A stretch of 64,000 bases of DNA from Mytilus trossulus (GCF_036588685.1 NC_086379.1:4464001-4528000), one strand, 5' to 3'; shown: positions 29,101-40,200, numbered from the stretch's first letter. The notes: a model not told the origin generated them from the sequence alone. Numbers and translations are program-made.

Positions 29101-31147
29101 AGTAGATTTTTTGTATACAAGGACAAATTATGAAAATATCAGAGCGTATTTGACACTTCTAGTAAAACCATTGATATTACAGACGTTCAACCAATATACT
29201 ATCATAAGTGAATTTTACAAGACATTTCAGCTTTTGCGCTTTAATTGGTATTCTTTCGTCTGTAATATCATGAATATGTTGTTCTCTCATTTGAAATCAT
29301 TCCACATCTGCTACGTTGTATAAAGAGATACATATAACTTAAGAAAGTACTGTTGCACAAAATGTTGGTTATAATTCAATCGCAAATGTACCAAATGTGG
29401 GAACTGAATTTTTTACACTGATTTAAACTTTTAAAAGTTATCTTTTAACCTTCGATGTGAAATTGTTAAATTTAAGAAAAAAATATCAACATTCGTTCTT
29501 TTCACAATAGTTACAGGTATATCAAGTGGTAAAAGAAATATTGATTTCTGATTATTAAGTCTGGTCACGCATTATCTTTAACAATCAAAATAATTGGTTG
29601 TCTGATCAAGTTTTATGAAAATTTCGTAATGAACGGTTTTAATGGAATAACATACCTGGATTTTGCTGTTCTTTCGGACACACCAAAGATTTAATTTAAA
29701 ATATATCATGATTAATTGATTTTTTAAAAATTAACTCCATAGACATGTATTGTGGATTTTTTTCATAAAAGACTGCATATTTTCTTAATCATATTGAATA
29801 TATAGTTATGTTGAGGAAATTGAATCATTTTGACAGACATATTTTTTTTCGGATTCGATCCGCGTTTCGAAAATTCCGTCATTTTATCACAAACTCTTGG
29901 TTAAAATTTGCAATTAATTACATTCACGATCCGGAACCGAACTTTCACGATCTGCTACCAGAACTTTCCCGATCGTCCGCAATACTTTACCACCGTTAGA
30001 TATTCTCTCACGATCATTTCTCTCGGTAAACCAATTGACACACTTATACTTTTTTTGTTATCTATTTTAAAATAAATTACTTGACTTATAATTTAGGTTC
30101 ATTATGAATAAAACAATATTGGTATGCAAATTATTTCGAGGTGTTATTACAGATGCTGTCATATTTGGATTAGTTGGCGGAGTTACAGGATTGTTTGTTG
30201 TTGTTGCACTCGTCATTGTGTTCATCAAGTAAGACATATTTCAATAATCTATATACAAGAATATTATCATACATTGAAAATTAAATAGCATGTACAAAAA
30301 TTGTGAAAATTAAAAGCGCATCACTCAAGTAAGGTATACAGCAATTAACTTGTAAAGTACAAATATTATCAAATGAGTGTCTGAGGTACTAAGGACATGT
30401 ACCAACAAGAGTACGAAAACCATATTAAGATAAAAGTTCGAAAAAAGAGAAAAACGCGCGTCGGACGAAGCATATCCATCAACTCGGCTACTTAAGTAAG
30501 TTAACAAAACATCAACTCCTAAACTACGATATAATATGGATATTTCAGTTTCTTACTTTTTAAAATTATTTCGTAACATTGGTTGCAGGCGATCGTCGTT
30601 TTTTAAGAGGATCCAGGACAGTACTCAACAGCAACAAGTCTATCAGGATCTTAATCCAGTCAGAGAAGACATTAATTCACCATATGATGTAATGCATACA
30701 AATAATTTGCCAATGAATGAAAATGATATCGGATTGGAGAACCAAGTCTATCAGGATCTAACTCCAGACAGAGAAGACAATAATTCACCATATGATGTTA
30801 TGCATACAAATACTTCGCCATTGAATGAAAATGATATCGGATTGGAGAACCAAGTCTATCAGGATCTAACTCCAGACAGAGAAGACATTAATTCACCATA
30901 TGATGTTATGCATAAAAATAGTTCACCATTGAATGAAAATGATATCGGATTGGAGAACCAAGTCTATCAGGATCTAACTCCAGACAGAGAAGACATTAAT
31001 TCACCATATGATGTTATGCATAAAAATAGTTCACCATTGAAAGAAAATGATATCGGATTGGAGAACCAAGTCTATCAGGATCTAACTCCAGACAGAGAAG
31101 AAAACAATACCCCGTATGATGAACTCCACATTAAAAATACGTTATAA
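8052..31147 (+). CDS. Gene 1: single-pass type I membrane protein (signal peptide, CCG domain, cadherin-like repeats, TM, tandem ITAM-like tail), 604 aa
   Basis: join(8052..8112,9190..9270,14150..14311,16110..16188,19903..20063,21789..21965,24078..24196,25048..25219,26280..26447,30153..30228,30589..31147)=1815 nt; all GT-AG, phases 1,1,1,2,1,1,0,1,1,2, no internal stop; cadherin-like linkers NSAPYFTN, NTAPEIKN, NIEPVIDVLP. Confidence 0.75.
8825..9070 (+). repeat. Interspersed repeat fragment
   Basis: 3' part recurs at 34705-34800, 5' part inverted near 38815-38860. Confidence 0.55.
9190..9270 (+). CDS. Gene 1 exon 2 (AVACGVKTVGGRNLGGGTYTNWDNTTT)
   Basis: cag| acceptor, |gtaagt donor, 81 nt phase 1-1. 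Confidence 0.8.
10866..12181 (-). mobile_element. 5'-truncated non-LTR retrotransposon (CR1/L2-group RT), decayed
   Basis: LDFSKAFDTVPH, SGVPQGTVLGPILF and LFADDCLLYR motifs; stop near 11462; (CAGATA)n-like 3' tail. Confidence 0.92.
13775..13970 (+). mobile_element. Helentron-associated (Pearl/MgE-like) non-autonomous fragment
   Basis: (CGGAATKA/TT)n microsatellite followed by gggtaaaactatat. Confidence 0.45.
14150..14311 (+). CDS. Gene 1 exon 3 (…ILDCCGLLSGFNVEIVGLGTIYLQIWRQ…)
   Basis: tag| acceptor, |gtgaga donor, 162 nt phase 1-1; within ORF 14134-14346. Confidence 0.85.
14394..15232. mobile_element. Hairpin-ended non-autonomous element (Crypton-like), related to 5965-6245
   Basis: ~125 bp palindrome 14397-14521 centred on agggcggagccct; TTCTGATTGG at 15075; shared termini. 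Confidence 0.55.
16110..16188 (+). CDS. Gene 1 exon 4 (ADALTVHSLPIDAADQPTILENDMLGW)
   Basis: ttttttcag| acceptor, TG|gtaaga donor, phase 1-2. Confidence 0.85.
16182..19130 (+). repeat. 24-bp satellite (CTGATAGGATGGTAAGCTTCATTAT / …GATGTCAAGCGTCACTAT), ~110 units
   Basis: Visible tandem array starting at the exon 4 donor, degenerate at both ends, interrupted at ~17710-18015. Confidence 0.97.
17725..18016 (+). mobile_element. SINE-like repeat inserted into the satellite
   Basis: Inverted diverged copy at ~21240-21570. Confidence 0.65.
19388..19697 (+). mobile_element. Helentron-associated non-autonomous element (Pearl/MgE/HINE-like)
   Basis: Starts AACAAGA, (GACG/GAAC)n microsatellite, short terminal hairpin, ends ATAAAAA. 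Confidence 0.75.
19903..20063 (+). CDS. Gene 1 exon 5 (YTSGTDMVPYDNG…GRSYAINFVTAV)
   Basis: aag| acceptor completes the TGG codon; |gtgagt donor; phase 2-1. Confidence 0.85.
21240..21635 (-). mobile_element. SINE-like repeat, same family as 17725-18016
   Basis: Reverse-complement similarity seen by eye. Confidence 0.6.
21789..21965 (+). CDS. Gene 1 exon 6, cadherin-like repeat 1 N-half (NSAPYFTN…FTDDNKDD…)
   Basis: tttcag| acceptor, |gtaagt donor, 177 nt phase 1-1. Confidence 0.85.
22115..23625 (+). repeat. 37-bp minisatellite (TAGACAGCTGGCTAACGTACAATACAGTCTTAAACAA), ~40 units
   Basis: Direct tandem array in gene 1 intron 6. Confidence 0.97.
24078..24196 (+). CDS. Gene 1 exon 7, cadherin-like repeat 1 C-half (…GEYTLEYSVKDQC…IGVKNT)
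   Basis: tttag| acceptor; phase-0 donor |gttggt required by the next exon. Confidence 0.8.
25048..25219 (+). CDS. Gene 1 exon 8, cadherin-like repeat 2 N-half (APEIKNTMISHNIKEN…)
   Basis: tag| acceptor, |gtgagt donor, phase 0-1. Confidence 0.85.
25476..26132 (+). repeat. 39-bp minisatellite (GAGATCTCGTCATTGAATATCTATCTAGGTACACCGTTT), ~17 units
   Basis: Direct tandem array in gene 1 intron 8. Confidence 0.95.
26280..26447 (+). CDS. Gene 1 exon 9, cadherin-like repeat 2 C-half (…IDYAAKPQYTVTAVCTDD…NIEPVIDVLP)
   Basis: tttcag| acceptor, |gtaagt donor; IDY…Y…C-TD resembles the cadherin LDYE…Y…ATD pattern. Confidence 0.85.
26640..26825 (+). repeat. ~75-bp tandem duplication (~2.5 units)
   Basis: aaacaaacaag…tatatcactagttcacc…tgggatatattctatcgagtgtgtgatccataccaatac repeated. 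Confidence 0.85.
26859..27815 (+). repeat. Intronic segment paralogous to 56206-56882
   Basis: Colinear similarity (roughly 75% by eye) over ~680 bp once the 27377-27648 insertion is removed. Confidence 0.9.
27377..27648 (-). repeat. Young insertion of the 3676-family repeat
   Basis: Almost identical to the reverse complement of 3676-3946; absent from the paralogous site near 56710. Confidence 0.85.
28180..28478 (+). repeat. Abundant interspersed repeat
   Basis: Related copies at 46570-46815 (+), 39945-40070 (-) and 47875-48065 (-). Confidence 0.7.
28480..30025. mobile_element. Non-autonomous TIR DNA element with ~85 bp imperfect TIRs
   Basis: cgagagaaattatcgtga… at the left vs …tcacgatcatttctctcg at the right; internal GGATCGTGAA motifs. 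Confidence 0.7.
30153..30228 (+). CDS. Gene 1 exon 10, transmembrane helix (AVIFGLVGGVTGLFVVVALVIVFI)
   Basis: tacag| acceptor, AA|gtaaga donor, 24 uncharged residues followed by KR. Confidence 0.85.
30589..31147 (+). CDS. Gene 1 terminal exon, cytoplasmic tail with 108-bp/36-aa tyrosine-motif repeats
   Basis: gcag| acceptor phase 2; ORF 30536-31147; repeat starts at 30635 and 30743 (period 108). Confidence 0.9.
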
Positions 31148-31880
31148 AAATCAATTAACACATGAAATCCTGAGGATATACTGAAGAAATTTACGATACA
31201 TTAGAACTAATAATATTGTTGTTACTTCATTCTATTATTGTACCCGTTTATTATTTCAGTAATTGTACTATGACTTACATGTTGAAAACAATTATACTAA
31301 CTTTAACGGTGCAATATTTTTTATGGATATAAAAATCGACCCCTGGCGTTGCTCTTACTTATCTCAACATAAATTTCATCCACAATCAAAAAAATATAAA
31401 TAATACTTCAAACGTTATATACCACGCTGCAAAATAAGGAACAATACTGCATTATCAAAATCAAGATTAATTGTTCATTAGAAGCAGCTTTTTATACCAC
31501 GTCTTGAGGTGCAAGCTGCACGTTGATCCTTAGACAAAATAGCTAATCAAGAATTTGATTAACAATGAATTGAACCTGGACTTCACTATATGTACAAAGT
31601 GCAAAAAGAAAAGTTAATGAACTAAATGACTACAATATATATGATTTCAGGTGTCGTTGTTGATTTACAATAGGGTTTTTTCAAATCTGATATTATTGAC
31701 TGTTTAGGACTATAACATGTATTATGCAAAACGTCGCTTCACAACGATCATGAATGTGAGAGGCAGAATAGAGAGACACGTAATAGCATGATGATCTGTA
31801 AAACACATCCACTATTTTCCCGATCCTAACTTATATTAGTTCGCAGTGATCTTCTTTTTTAATTTATGTACTCTCTTGAA

Positions 31881-31886
31881 AATAAA
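31881..31886 (+). terminator. Candidate polyadenylation signal of gene 1
   Basis: AATAAA ~730 nt after the stop, followed by T/G-rich sequence. Confidence 0.3.
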
Positions 31887-33510
31887 TAAACGTAAGTAAC
31901 AGAGTTTATTATATGTCTGTTAAATACATTTTAAACTTTTTGTGATTGTGTTATATTAATCTGAAGGTTAAACCCTTTCTTGAAATAAATTGATTGGAAA
32001 AGGAGGAGTTGAAATACGTGTTTTTATATATTAATTATATAACATCAACATACGAATTACATTTGTTTCTTACCAATGTGTGTTACAATCAGTTATAGAC
32101 AATTTACTTTAGTTTAGATCTCAGAGCTAAAACTACTTGCAAGTAATAATTATACATTAAGTACAAAAACAAAGGTGTATTCACCTACAATGCTTTGATT
32201 TCAAATAAAATAAGAAAGCGTTATTTGTAGAGGGAAATCGCGAGACAAAATTATATTTCGGTAACCTGAAAAATCACAAGTGACATCAATACAACAATAA
32301 ACGAAAGAAATAAAAGTACACGAACCTTACACATTACAATAAATGAAAACAGGAGGATATTCAAGTGGTACCTTTCGGGTAAACAATAACCACCTCGTAT
32401 AAGGCAACCACTGCGTTGATATAGATTTTGGCGAACAAAGAAGAAGAAAGGTCTGGGCATTCAACATAGTGTCATTCGGGAAAATCTTTTATTTATTTAG
32501 TATAAAAGGTGAATTAATATAAGATTGCAAACTCCTAATGAACAACAAAAGAATTTGAATTGACTGCTTGTTTGTTATCTCTCAATTAGTGCTCATTTAT
32601 GATATTTGCGGGTGTTGGATTTGAAATTAAAACGACTGCGGTGCATTCGATATGGTTAAACCTTTAACCTGTCTTAAACCTTAAATGTGTTTTCTCTCTC
32701 ATTTTAATGAGAGAGAAAAACCAGAAGTAATGAGGCAGTAATAGGAGAGAATAAATAAATGTCGTATAAAACTTGCAATTATAATTAGCTGCTGAAATCA
32801 GATAGATCTGTAAACATATTTGATTTTTATCCAAAGTATGAAACAACACGATCATTTATTAAAATATCCCTTTGTTCTATTTGTTCATTAAGAATATACT
32901 TTCATAGTCTTCACACATTTGATAACACAAGACTTATGTTACGGTATTCACGGAAAATATATCCTAATGCACGTAAGAAGCATGATACATTTACACATCG
33001 TGATCGTGAAAGTCAACACTAGGGGAGATATATTGATTATGGTAATTTAGTTAAGATCTATGATGACGATGAAGATGATGATCTCTTTAGCATGTGTGAC
33101 CTATTATGGTCTATTTTTACACAGTATGAATTAGACGTAGTGTTGTTTTCAAGGCCTTTATACCGCATTTTCTTATAAAAAACAATATTTGTAAACTTTC
33201 ATACCTCCCTCCTTCCCTTCCCAAAATTGTTGGTATTCCTTTTAGACATTAATTGCTTACCTTTAATAACAGAATTGTTCTGGTATATTTAAAAATGATA
33301 GTGTAATGCCAAAATCCATAAAGATCACTGCACATTCCATGTAATTGATTTTTTAATAACACTTTATACAGTTCTTTGATCATTGATTTATTTGAAATTT
33401 AAAAAAGATATAAAAAATCCTCGAATTTGGATTCAATTTTATATGAAAAAAGCGATCATTGTAAATTTCTAGATTTCGATATTTTTGTGTAACAGAATAA
33501 ATTGTATAGG

Positions 33511-33630
33511 AATAAAGTCATCATAGATACAAGGATTACAATTGTATATTTACGCGAGACGCGCGTTTATCCTTCACAAATTTCATCAGTGACGCTCGAA
33601 AAAAAAATGTTAAAAAGGCCAAATAAAAGA
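33511..33630 (-). mobile_element. Hammerhead-repeat fragment (second subfamily, as at 63400-63540)
   Basis: Minus strand gcgtcaCTGATGAaatttgtgaaggaTAAAcgcgcgtc; stem II and GAAA mutated. Confidence 0.7.
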
Positions 33631-33644
33631 AAATTTGTTGGATG

Positions 33645-34455
33645 AGCTAATATTTAGTTCCTCATTGTTGATGTCCCTATCTTTTACGATGATGTTCCCT
33701 TTCTTGTGTGTTAATTCGCCATCACCATTTGCCTTGTCCTTGGATGTAGTGACGTCTTATGATTCAGTGAATGTTATTCATATGTACGTGGTATGATAGT
33801 TAGTCAGACTACCAATTAGATCAAATTTTTATTGCAATTTGTTCATAGATACAAATATTTGGTTTTGAACTCTAACTGCATCTTTAAAACCCTTACTTCA
33901 AACGAGATACAACACCTTTTGTTACAATGGTGTTGCTTTTAGAGTTTTGAACTAACATAACATTAATTCCACCTATCTATCTTAGATTCAAGTTCGATAT
34001 TTTACTAGCTTATAATTTTTTGTATTGCTCAATATATACTTAATCTACTAATAATTTGCACGTAAGACGTACTGAATTAGAATCATGGTACTTTTGATAT
34101 CTTTTTACACCACTGGGTCGATGCCACTGGTACACGTTTCGTCCCCGAGGGTATCACCAGCCCAGGAGTTAACACTTCTGTGTTGACATGACAATCAATA
34201 AATAAATGTGGTCTTTTTTATAAAAATCCTGTTTACAAAACTTTGAATTTTTCGAAAACTAAGGATGTTCTTAGTCTAGGCATAGATTACCTTACTTAGC
34301 CGTATTCGGCACAGATTTTTTTGAATTCTGGATCCTCAATGCTCTTCAACTATTATATAAATATTCTGATATGAACGTCGCTAATGAGTCTTATGTAGAC
34401 GAAACGCGCGTCTGGCGTGCTAAATTACAATCCTGGTACTTTTGATAACTATTTG
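33645..34455 (+). mobile_element. Decayed Penelope-like 3' end followed by a 348-nt hammerhead-containing pLTR/retrozyme-like monomer
   Basis: Faint RT-thumb similarity 33650-33940; direct repeat tggtacttttgata at 34086 and 34434 bounds the monomer. Confidence 0.6.
34375..34418 (+). ncRNA. Type I minimal hammerhead ribozyme, core variant CUAAUGA (probably inactive)
   Basis: ACGUCG-CUAAUGA-GUCUuauguAGAC-GAAAC-gcgc-GUC(34412)-UGGCGU; stems I-III pair; G5 replaced by A. Confidence 0.75.
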
Positions 34456-36599
34456 GGTAAAGGTAAAGAAAAAGGCTTGTATGTTATGTCTTGATAGCTT
34501 CATGTAGTCTAATATTAACGAGGGGTTTCACTTCTTAGTAATGGGTATATGTGGATATGCCAACAATATGGTTCATAGTTTTTCGAGACTATGTGACACT
34601 ACTTTTTAATTTATTATTGACATTGTATATCGATATGCATCGTTATTTCATAATGCTATATTGATTTGTGGTATGTTCTACATATCTTATATACATATGG
34701 GATACGTTTCCCTCAGTTTTAGTTTGTTATCTGGATTTGTTTTTTTCTTTATCAATTGATGCATTTTGAACAGCGGTATACTATTGTTGCCTTTATTTAT
34801 TGGAAATCAAATATAAATAACCAATTGTCATGATTGTGCTTTTTAAACAATTCATGGACATTATATGCAAATAAATATTAAGTCCCTGAATCTGTGCATT
34901 TACAAATCAAAATATTTTGTAAAAGTAGAGGTAATCATGGTAATTATTTGCTATTTATCTATAAATTGTGGAATCAAATATAAATGAATGCTAATGTCTA
35001 AATTTAAATATTCATTTGGTGTTATGTACTACATGTATGCAGTACATGCATTTATTATTTTATATTGCTGAAAATGCAGATGAGCATCGATATTTACAAT
35101 GAAAGCAATCACCACCAAAAAGTAAAGTAAAACACAACTGAGGTACACTGTTTACCCGAGAGTCCATAAAACTAAAAGTCACGATGTTCTCTGTTTATAG
35201 ATTCACTAGGTCAATGAGGGTCGGTAATATGAGGGTTGGAATAAATTTCAAGATTAATGTTGATAATACTAAGACTATTGTTAATAATTCCAAGAAACAA
35301 TATCCTTCTTTTTCGTTGATACCGCAACATAATTCGCAAAATGGTTTTCTTGTTTGCCTAAAATGAAACAAAGACCTTTCAATTGATAAATCAGGCCGCC
35401 TATCTTTTGATAGCAGACGACAATCTCTCATTTTCAGTAGCACTATTTTTAATAAAGGATCTGTCATCTGAATATTAATAACGGTCATCATTTTAATTTA
35501 AAAGAATAATAAAAACAATTATTTTAGGGTCATGTCAAGTCCATGCAATTAAAGTATTTTAGGTTGTTTATAATGAAAGGCAACAGAAGTATAGAAAGTA
35601 CTATTTTTACTGGCAGTTATTTCAAAGTCAATAACAGCTAAATAACAAATCATGCATCTCTAACTAAACAGAACAAGTTGAAGAGCTTTGTGAGCAAAAA
35701 AACGACATCAACATATGAAACGTCTATCGTCAACTTTACTTGATTGAGTTCAAAACATACCTTAGTTGTTGCTTAAAATTAATGAATTTATAAACACCCT
35801 ATTTCAGATTTTTTTTTATAAAGCATGTCACTAAAAAGATACACTAAATACTAATCGGATAATACACTAAGGCACTAAGTCCACCAGCAGCCTATTAAAA
35901 ATTAGAACAACACTTTATTAACTACATGAGGAAAAGTACCTAAAAAACAAAATCTCAAACACTTCCATAATAGCAAGTGCACATTTTCAACATGTATTGA
36001 AGCATTTATGATGGCTTTATGAATCTTGTTTGAAATTTAAATGAGCAAATAACAAAAACATAGAACAATCTGCTCTCTGTTTCAATCATTCTAACGCTGA
36101 TCTTTGACCGCTAGTTATCGATATCATACAAAGCGATTTAGATCTTCGTCTACACGACTAAATGTTTTTGTTCATTTACCTATCTAAACAGAAATAAATG
36201 TCTGAATTACATAGGACTTTAAATAGCTGTTCTGCGGAAAGTCAGATAATTTCCCCACTCGGAATATAACCCGAACGAAGGATGTAAATGAAAATCATAA
36301 AATCTATATTTTTTACAAACGTAATGAAATTTTCTATAGTGAATATAATTATGTAGTTTGAAACAAAAATACTACTTCATAAGTCCGTGTTGGTGTCCGT
36401 GTAACTTAAAATGACGTAAAGTAACGTTCTTAGTCGTTTTTCCTCGTATTATGTAGGACAGAATATTTGTGTCAAAAGCGTTGTTTAGAAATTCCGATAC
36501 GTCTGATCATACATAACAAACATAAAGTATTAATTGTGATATATTTACGCAATTCGAAGGTAATAGTGGTGCTTTTGAATTCTGCAAACGGGATAATTG

Positions 36600-37006
36600 T
36601 TTTGTACATACGTGTTTTATAACATATCTTATTTAAAAGTCCTTACATAAATTCTTATTACAGTATAAGAAACCAATGTTGCAACTACTGCCGCAAAAAT
36701 ATACCTTATATTGGGTTTTTCTATCATTGTTACATGTATGTTATACTTATAGATCGTAGTATCGATAAGTATTACGGTACTTATGCATGTTATACATCGT
36801 TCGCGTTTAAATATAAATTTCATAAAAAAAAATAAGTGCGATTTTCACGGTTTTAAGTACTTTAATATGTTTAAATACGAATATTTAAATAAGGTTTGGA
36901 AAGAGAATGACTGAAACGGTTACCTCACAATGGTTTCTTATACTGTAATAAGAATATATGTAAGTACTTTTAAATAAAATATGTTATAAATCACGTATGT
37001 ACAAAA
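36600..37006. mobile_element. Fold-back/MITE-like element upstream of gene 2
   Basis: ~80 bp inverted repeats 36600-36680 and 36928-37006. Confidence 0.65.
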
Positions 37007-37221
37007 AAATACTACTGATATACTGATGATGCATGTATATATATATGTGTGTTTTAAATTTTTACTTTAACAAGACACTTATTTATTTATACTTTCTTAT
37101 TTCCTGTCAGAGTGATGTCGTACAACTTGTAATTGTTTCACAGAAGTATGGTGTGATTTATTATGAGTGAACGCATATTAACTTCCTCGTTTTATTTCTT
37201 ATATGAACATGTCCGCCTGAG

Positions 37222-37285
37222 ATGGCCTCAATGATTCGTTCGGAGACATTGGTTATTGTTATTTTATTCTCAGTAAAAATAAAAT
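37222..37285 (+). CDS. Gene 2 exon 1, signal peptide MASMIRSETLVIVILFSVKIK
   Basis: Hydrophobic core, T|gtaagt donor. Confidence 0.75.
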
Positions 37286-40200
37286 GTAAGTATGATTAAA
37301 TCATTCCGTATTTTTTTCATGACTTAAATCGACACTTTGTTTATGTTACGATCGTCATCAGCATCTTGTGTATTTATACGATGTGTTTGTGTTATACGAA
37401 ATCAGAAATTACACCAGGTTTATCATTTATAACGCCAGTCACTTGTTTCGTGACTTTACTGTGACTGAAACTTTATGAGAACAACAGCAAGGTTCTTAAA
37501 CAGTCGGAAGGTAAATATTTACACATTAAAACATATAACGACGGCATACTAGAATATTTTCGTGGTCATAATTAGCATCTTGTTTACATATATATGATGT
37601 GCTTGTGTAATATGAAATCAGAAATTGCACAAGGTTTATCATTTATAACGCCAATCACTTGTTTCGTACACAAAATACTTTACTGTGGCTTGAAGTTAAT
37701 GAAAACAACAGCAAGGTTCTTGAATAGCCGGTATGTAAATATTTACACCGTAAAACATGTAACGACGACATACTAGATTCTTCTTCTTGGTTGATTTCTA
37801 AAAAATGACAGGCCAAAGCATAACAAACTGAAAACCTAATTTGGAATGTAGTCCCTCCAAACTCATGAAACTATACGAGAACAATTTCATGCCAACATTT
37901 AGTTTGTGCTTTAATTGGTTTTCTATGTAAGATTAATTTCCACCATCAAATTATTGAAAATACGTAAAAATAATCTAAAACACATAAAACATGTAAAAGG
38001 TGCTTAATTTTCTGCATGTATTTGCTCACAAATATAATCAGTGCTTTCTTTGTAAGTAAAAATATCTGTTGAAAAATAGGGCTTCCACCCCAATTTCTTA
38101 TATTGATTGAAATGTCGTCTTTGCATATTCAGTTAAATAAAAACAAAAATATAATTTTGAACTGTATTGCCATATTTTCAGGATATTGTGCACAACATTC
38201 TTCATCATTTAATTTATGAATTGTAGCTTTAGCATTTTCAACGAACGTCGCTGCATTTGAAAATGCTAAACCACTGTGCTCTTCAGACTACCAAGTTGCC
38301 GGTAAAGATTTATTTAACAGCTGTCAACCCAAAAATTGTGGAAAAATAGACTTAAAGGGGCATACAATCAACCGCTCAACGGTTAATGACACAACGCAAG
38401 TTGTATGGATTAACGCATACGTAGTCCATTCATCAGTTATGGAATATAAAGGTAAATATCATTACCAACAATGCAGTGATTTAATTACGGGACACTTGAT
38501 TTTTAAAAATGGGAAATACAGTTTCCCCAAAAATGTATCTGTAACGTTTCATATTTCGTATACACTAAAGAAGAATTATTTGAAACAAATTTGTTAAACA
38601 ATCTGCATCATAGATAGATAGTTTATTTCTCATAAAACCATGCAAGTACAAAGGTTACAGAGAAGTTGAAAAATAATAGACATAAAAAACAAAAAATGCA
38701 TTTAAAATGTATACTTAGTCGCACGGCAAAACGTTAAACATAATAATCCCAATAAAAAAGCAACAAAGATACCAAGCTTTTAATTTAAAACTACTACAAA
38801 TCCAACGAGAATAACAAATTACATGTATTTGAGTTAGACAAGTACCGTGACACGTCTTATCGTAAAAAGAATTTACACTAAAAAATAAGAGAAATAAGGC
38901 AGAAGACCATTAGTTAAGGAAGAAAAGAATCTAAAAATATTGATAGTTCAAGGAGCTCCTCTTCCAGATATTTCATTTTGAAATATGGCAGGAAAAAGCT
39001 TACTCGGACTTTAACGTTATATTTGTATTGGAATTATTTGGGTTTTAAATAACAAAATAAAATGAAGAATCTGCTTAAATTTTAACAAACGACCTTTTAT
39101 TAGATGATAAGTCTTATATAGAAAGATAAATGGGTGGAATAAGGCAAACATATTTCACATTGAATTGTTTGAAAAGAAGCCAAGAAGTCTGGCCATCTGA
39201 CACAATTGCCAAAAACTCAGCTAAGTACATCCTAAACATGTTTAATAATTTTTAATTTTTGAAAAGCATGAAAAACGTAGTAATTTTAGCAAAAAATTGT
39301 CTGAAACGCTTTTTTTTTATCGCTTTCAACATATCAAGCTTTGCATGACAGAAACTCACTTTGTCCAGTAGAGAATCAGTTTACAATTGACAATAACAGA
39401 TTTTTGTAAAATGTTTTTACTAATAGGATCAAATCGTTAAAAGAAATTTAAGAGCAATAATGAACCATGTCATAGCTTTAGATTACACATGTTTTGGTTG
39501 TTGTATCAAAATAAAAAAGTAGCTATTTTAAGATTTATTCAACTTTTCATTCCGTAGTTATTATTACTAGATATAATACTGCCAAAGGTAAGGCTAGCTA
39601 TTGATTACTTGAGAGGAGATGATTATGTCAGATGTTGAATTAACTATTAAAACATTGAGCTGCTTTGTTAATAAGTCATTACAGACATTTAAATAGTAAA
39701 CAAATTGTAGACCAGTCATATTTATTAATCTAGCTATGATGTTGATAGTGCTTACTCCTTGCCCTTAAATTATTAACAAAATTTCTAGCATTACGTTGTT
39801 CTATTGATAGTCATCACTATATATAACAGTGAAGTTATTGTTTCCGACCAAGTTATATCAAACACTCTTTTATTAAAATTGTTATCCATTTTTTTTTTAC
39901 TTATTATCTATTTAAATAAGACCCTATATTTAAGGTTTAGATAGAAAGTAAAATCACAAAAATACTGAACTCAGAGGAAAATCAATTCGGAAAGTCCATA
40001 ATCCATGGCAAAATCAAATAACGAAACGCATCAAAAACGAATGGCCAAGAACTGTCATATTCCTGACTTATAGTATAGCAGATTTCTTTTCAAAACTACA
40101 ATCATAACATTCTTATTAACGATCGAACCAACAATTTAATTTATACAACACATAAATGAAATAGCAAAGTCAGTTCAATTTCATCCAAAGTATAAGGGAC

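Noticed and set aside
29511-29528. 18-nt in-frame microexon (ITGISS) before the TM exon
   Set aside because: Splice sites are plausible and phase-compatible, but it lies inside the TIR element 28480-30025 and is not needed for the frame; left out pending RNA evidence.
30536-30588. ORF-track start MDISVSYF…
   Set aside because: Intronic; the acceptor at 30587-30588 joins in frame to the TM exon.
30635-31130. Calling the tail motifs ITIMs
   Set aside because: QVYQDL lacks the I/V/L/S at position -2 and SPYDVM ends in M; the paired spacing fits an ITAM-like arrangement better.
33511-33630. Inverted 5' pLTR of the adjacent Penelope-like remnant
   Set aside because: It belongs to a different 3'-end subfamily than the 34086-34453 monomer, so an independent insertion is as likely.
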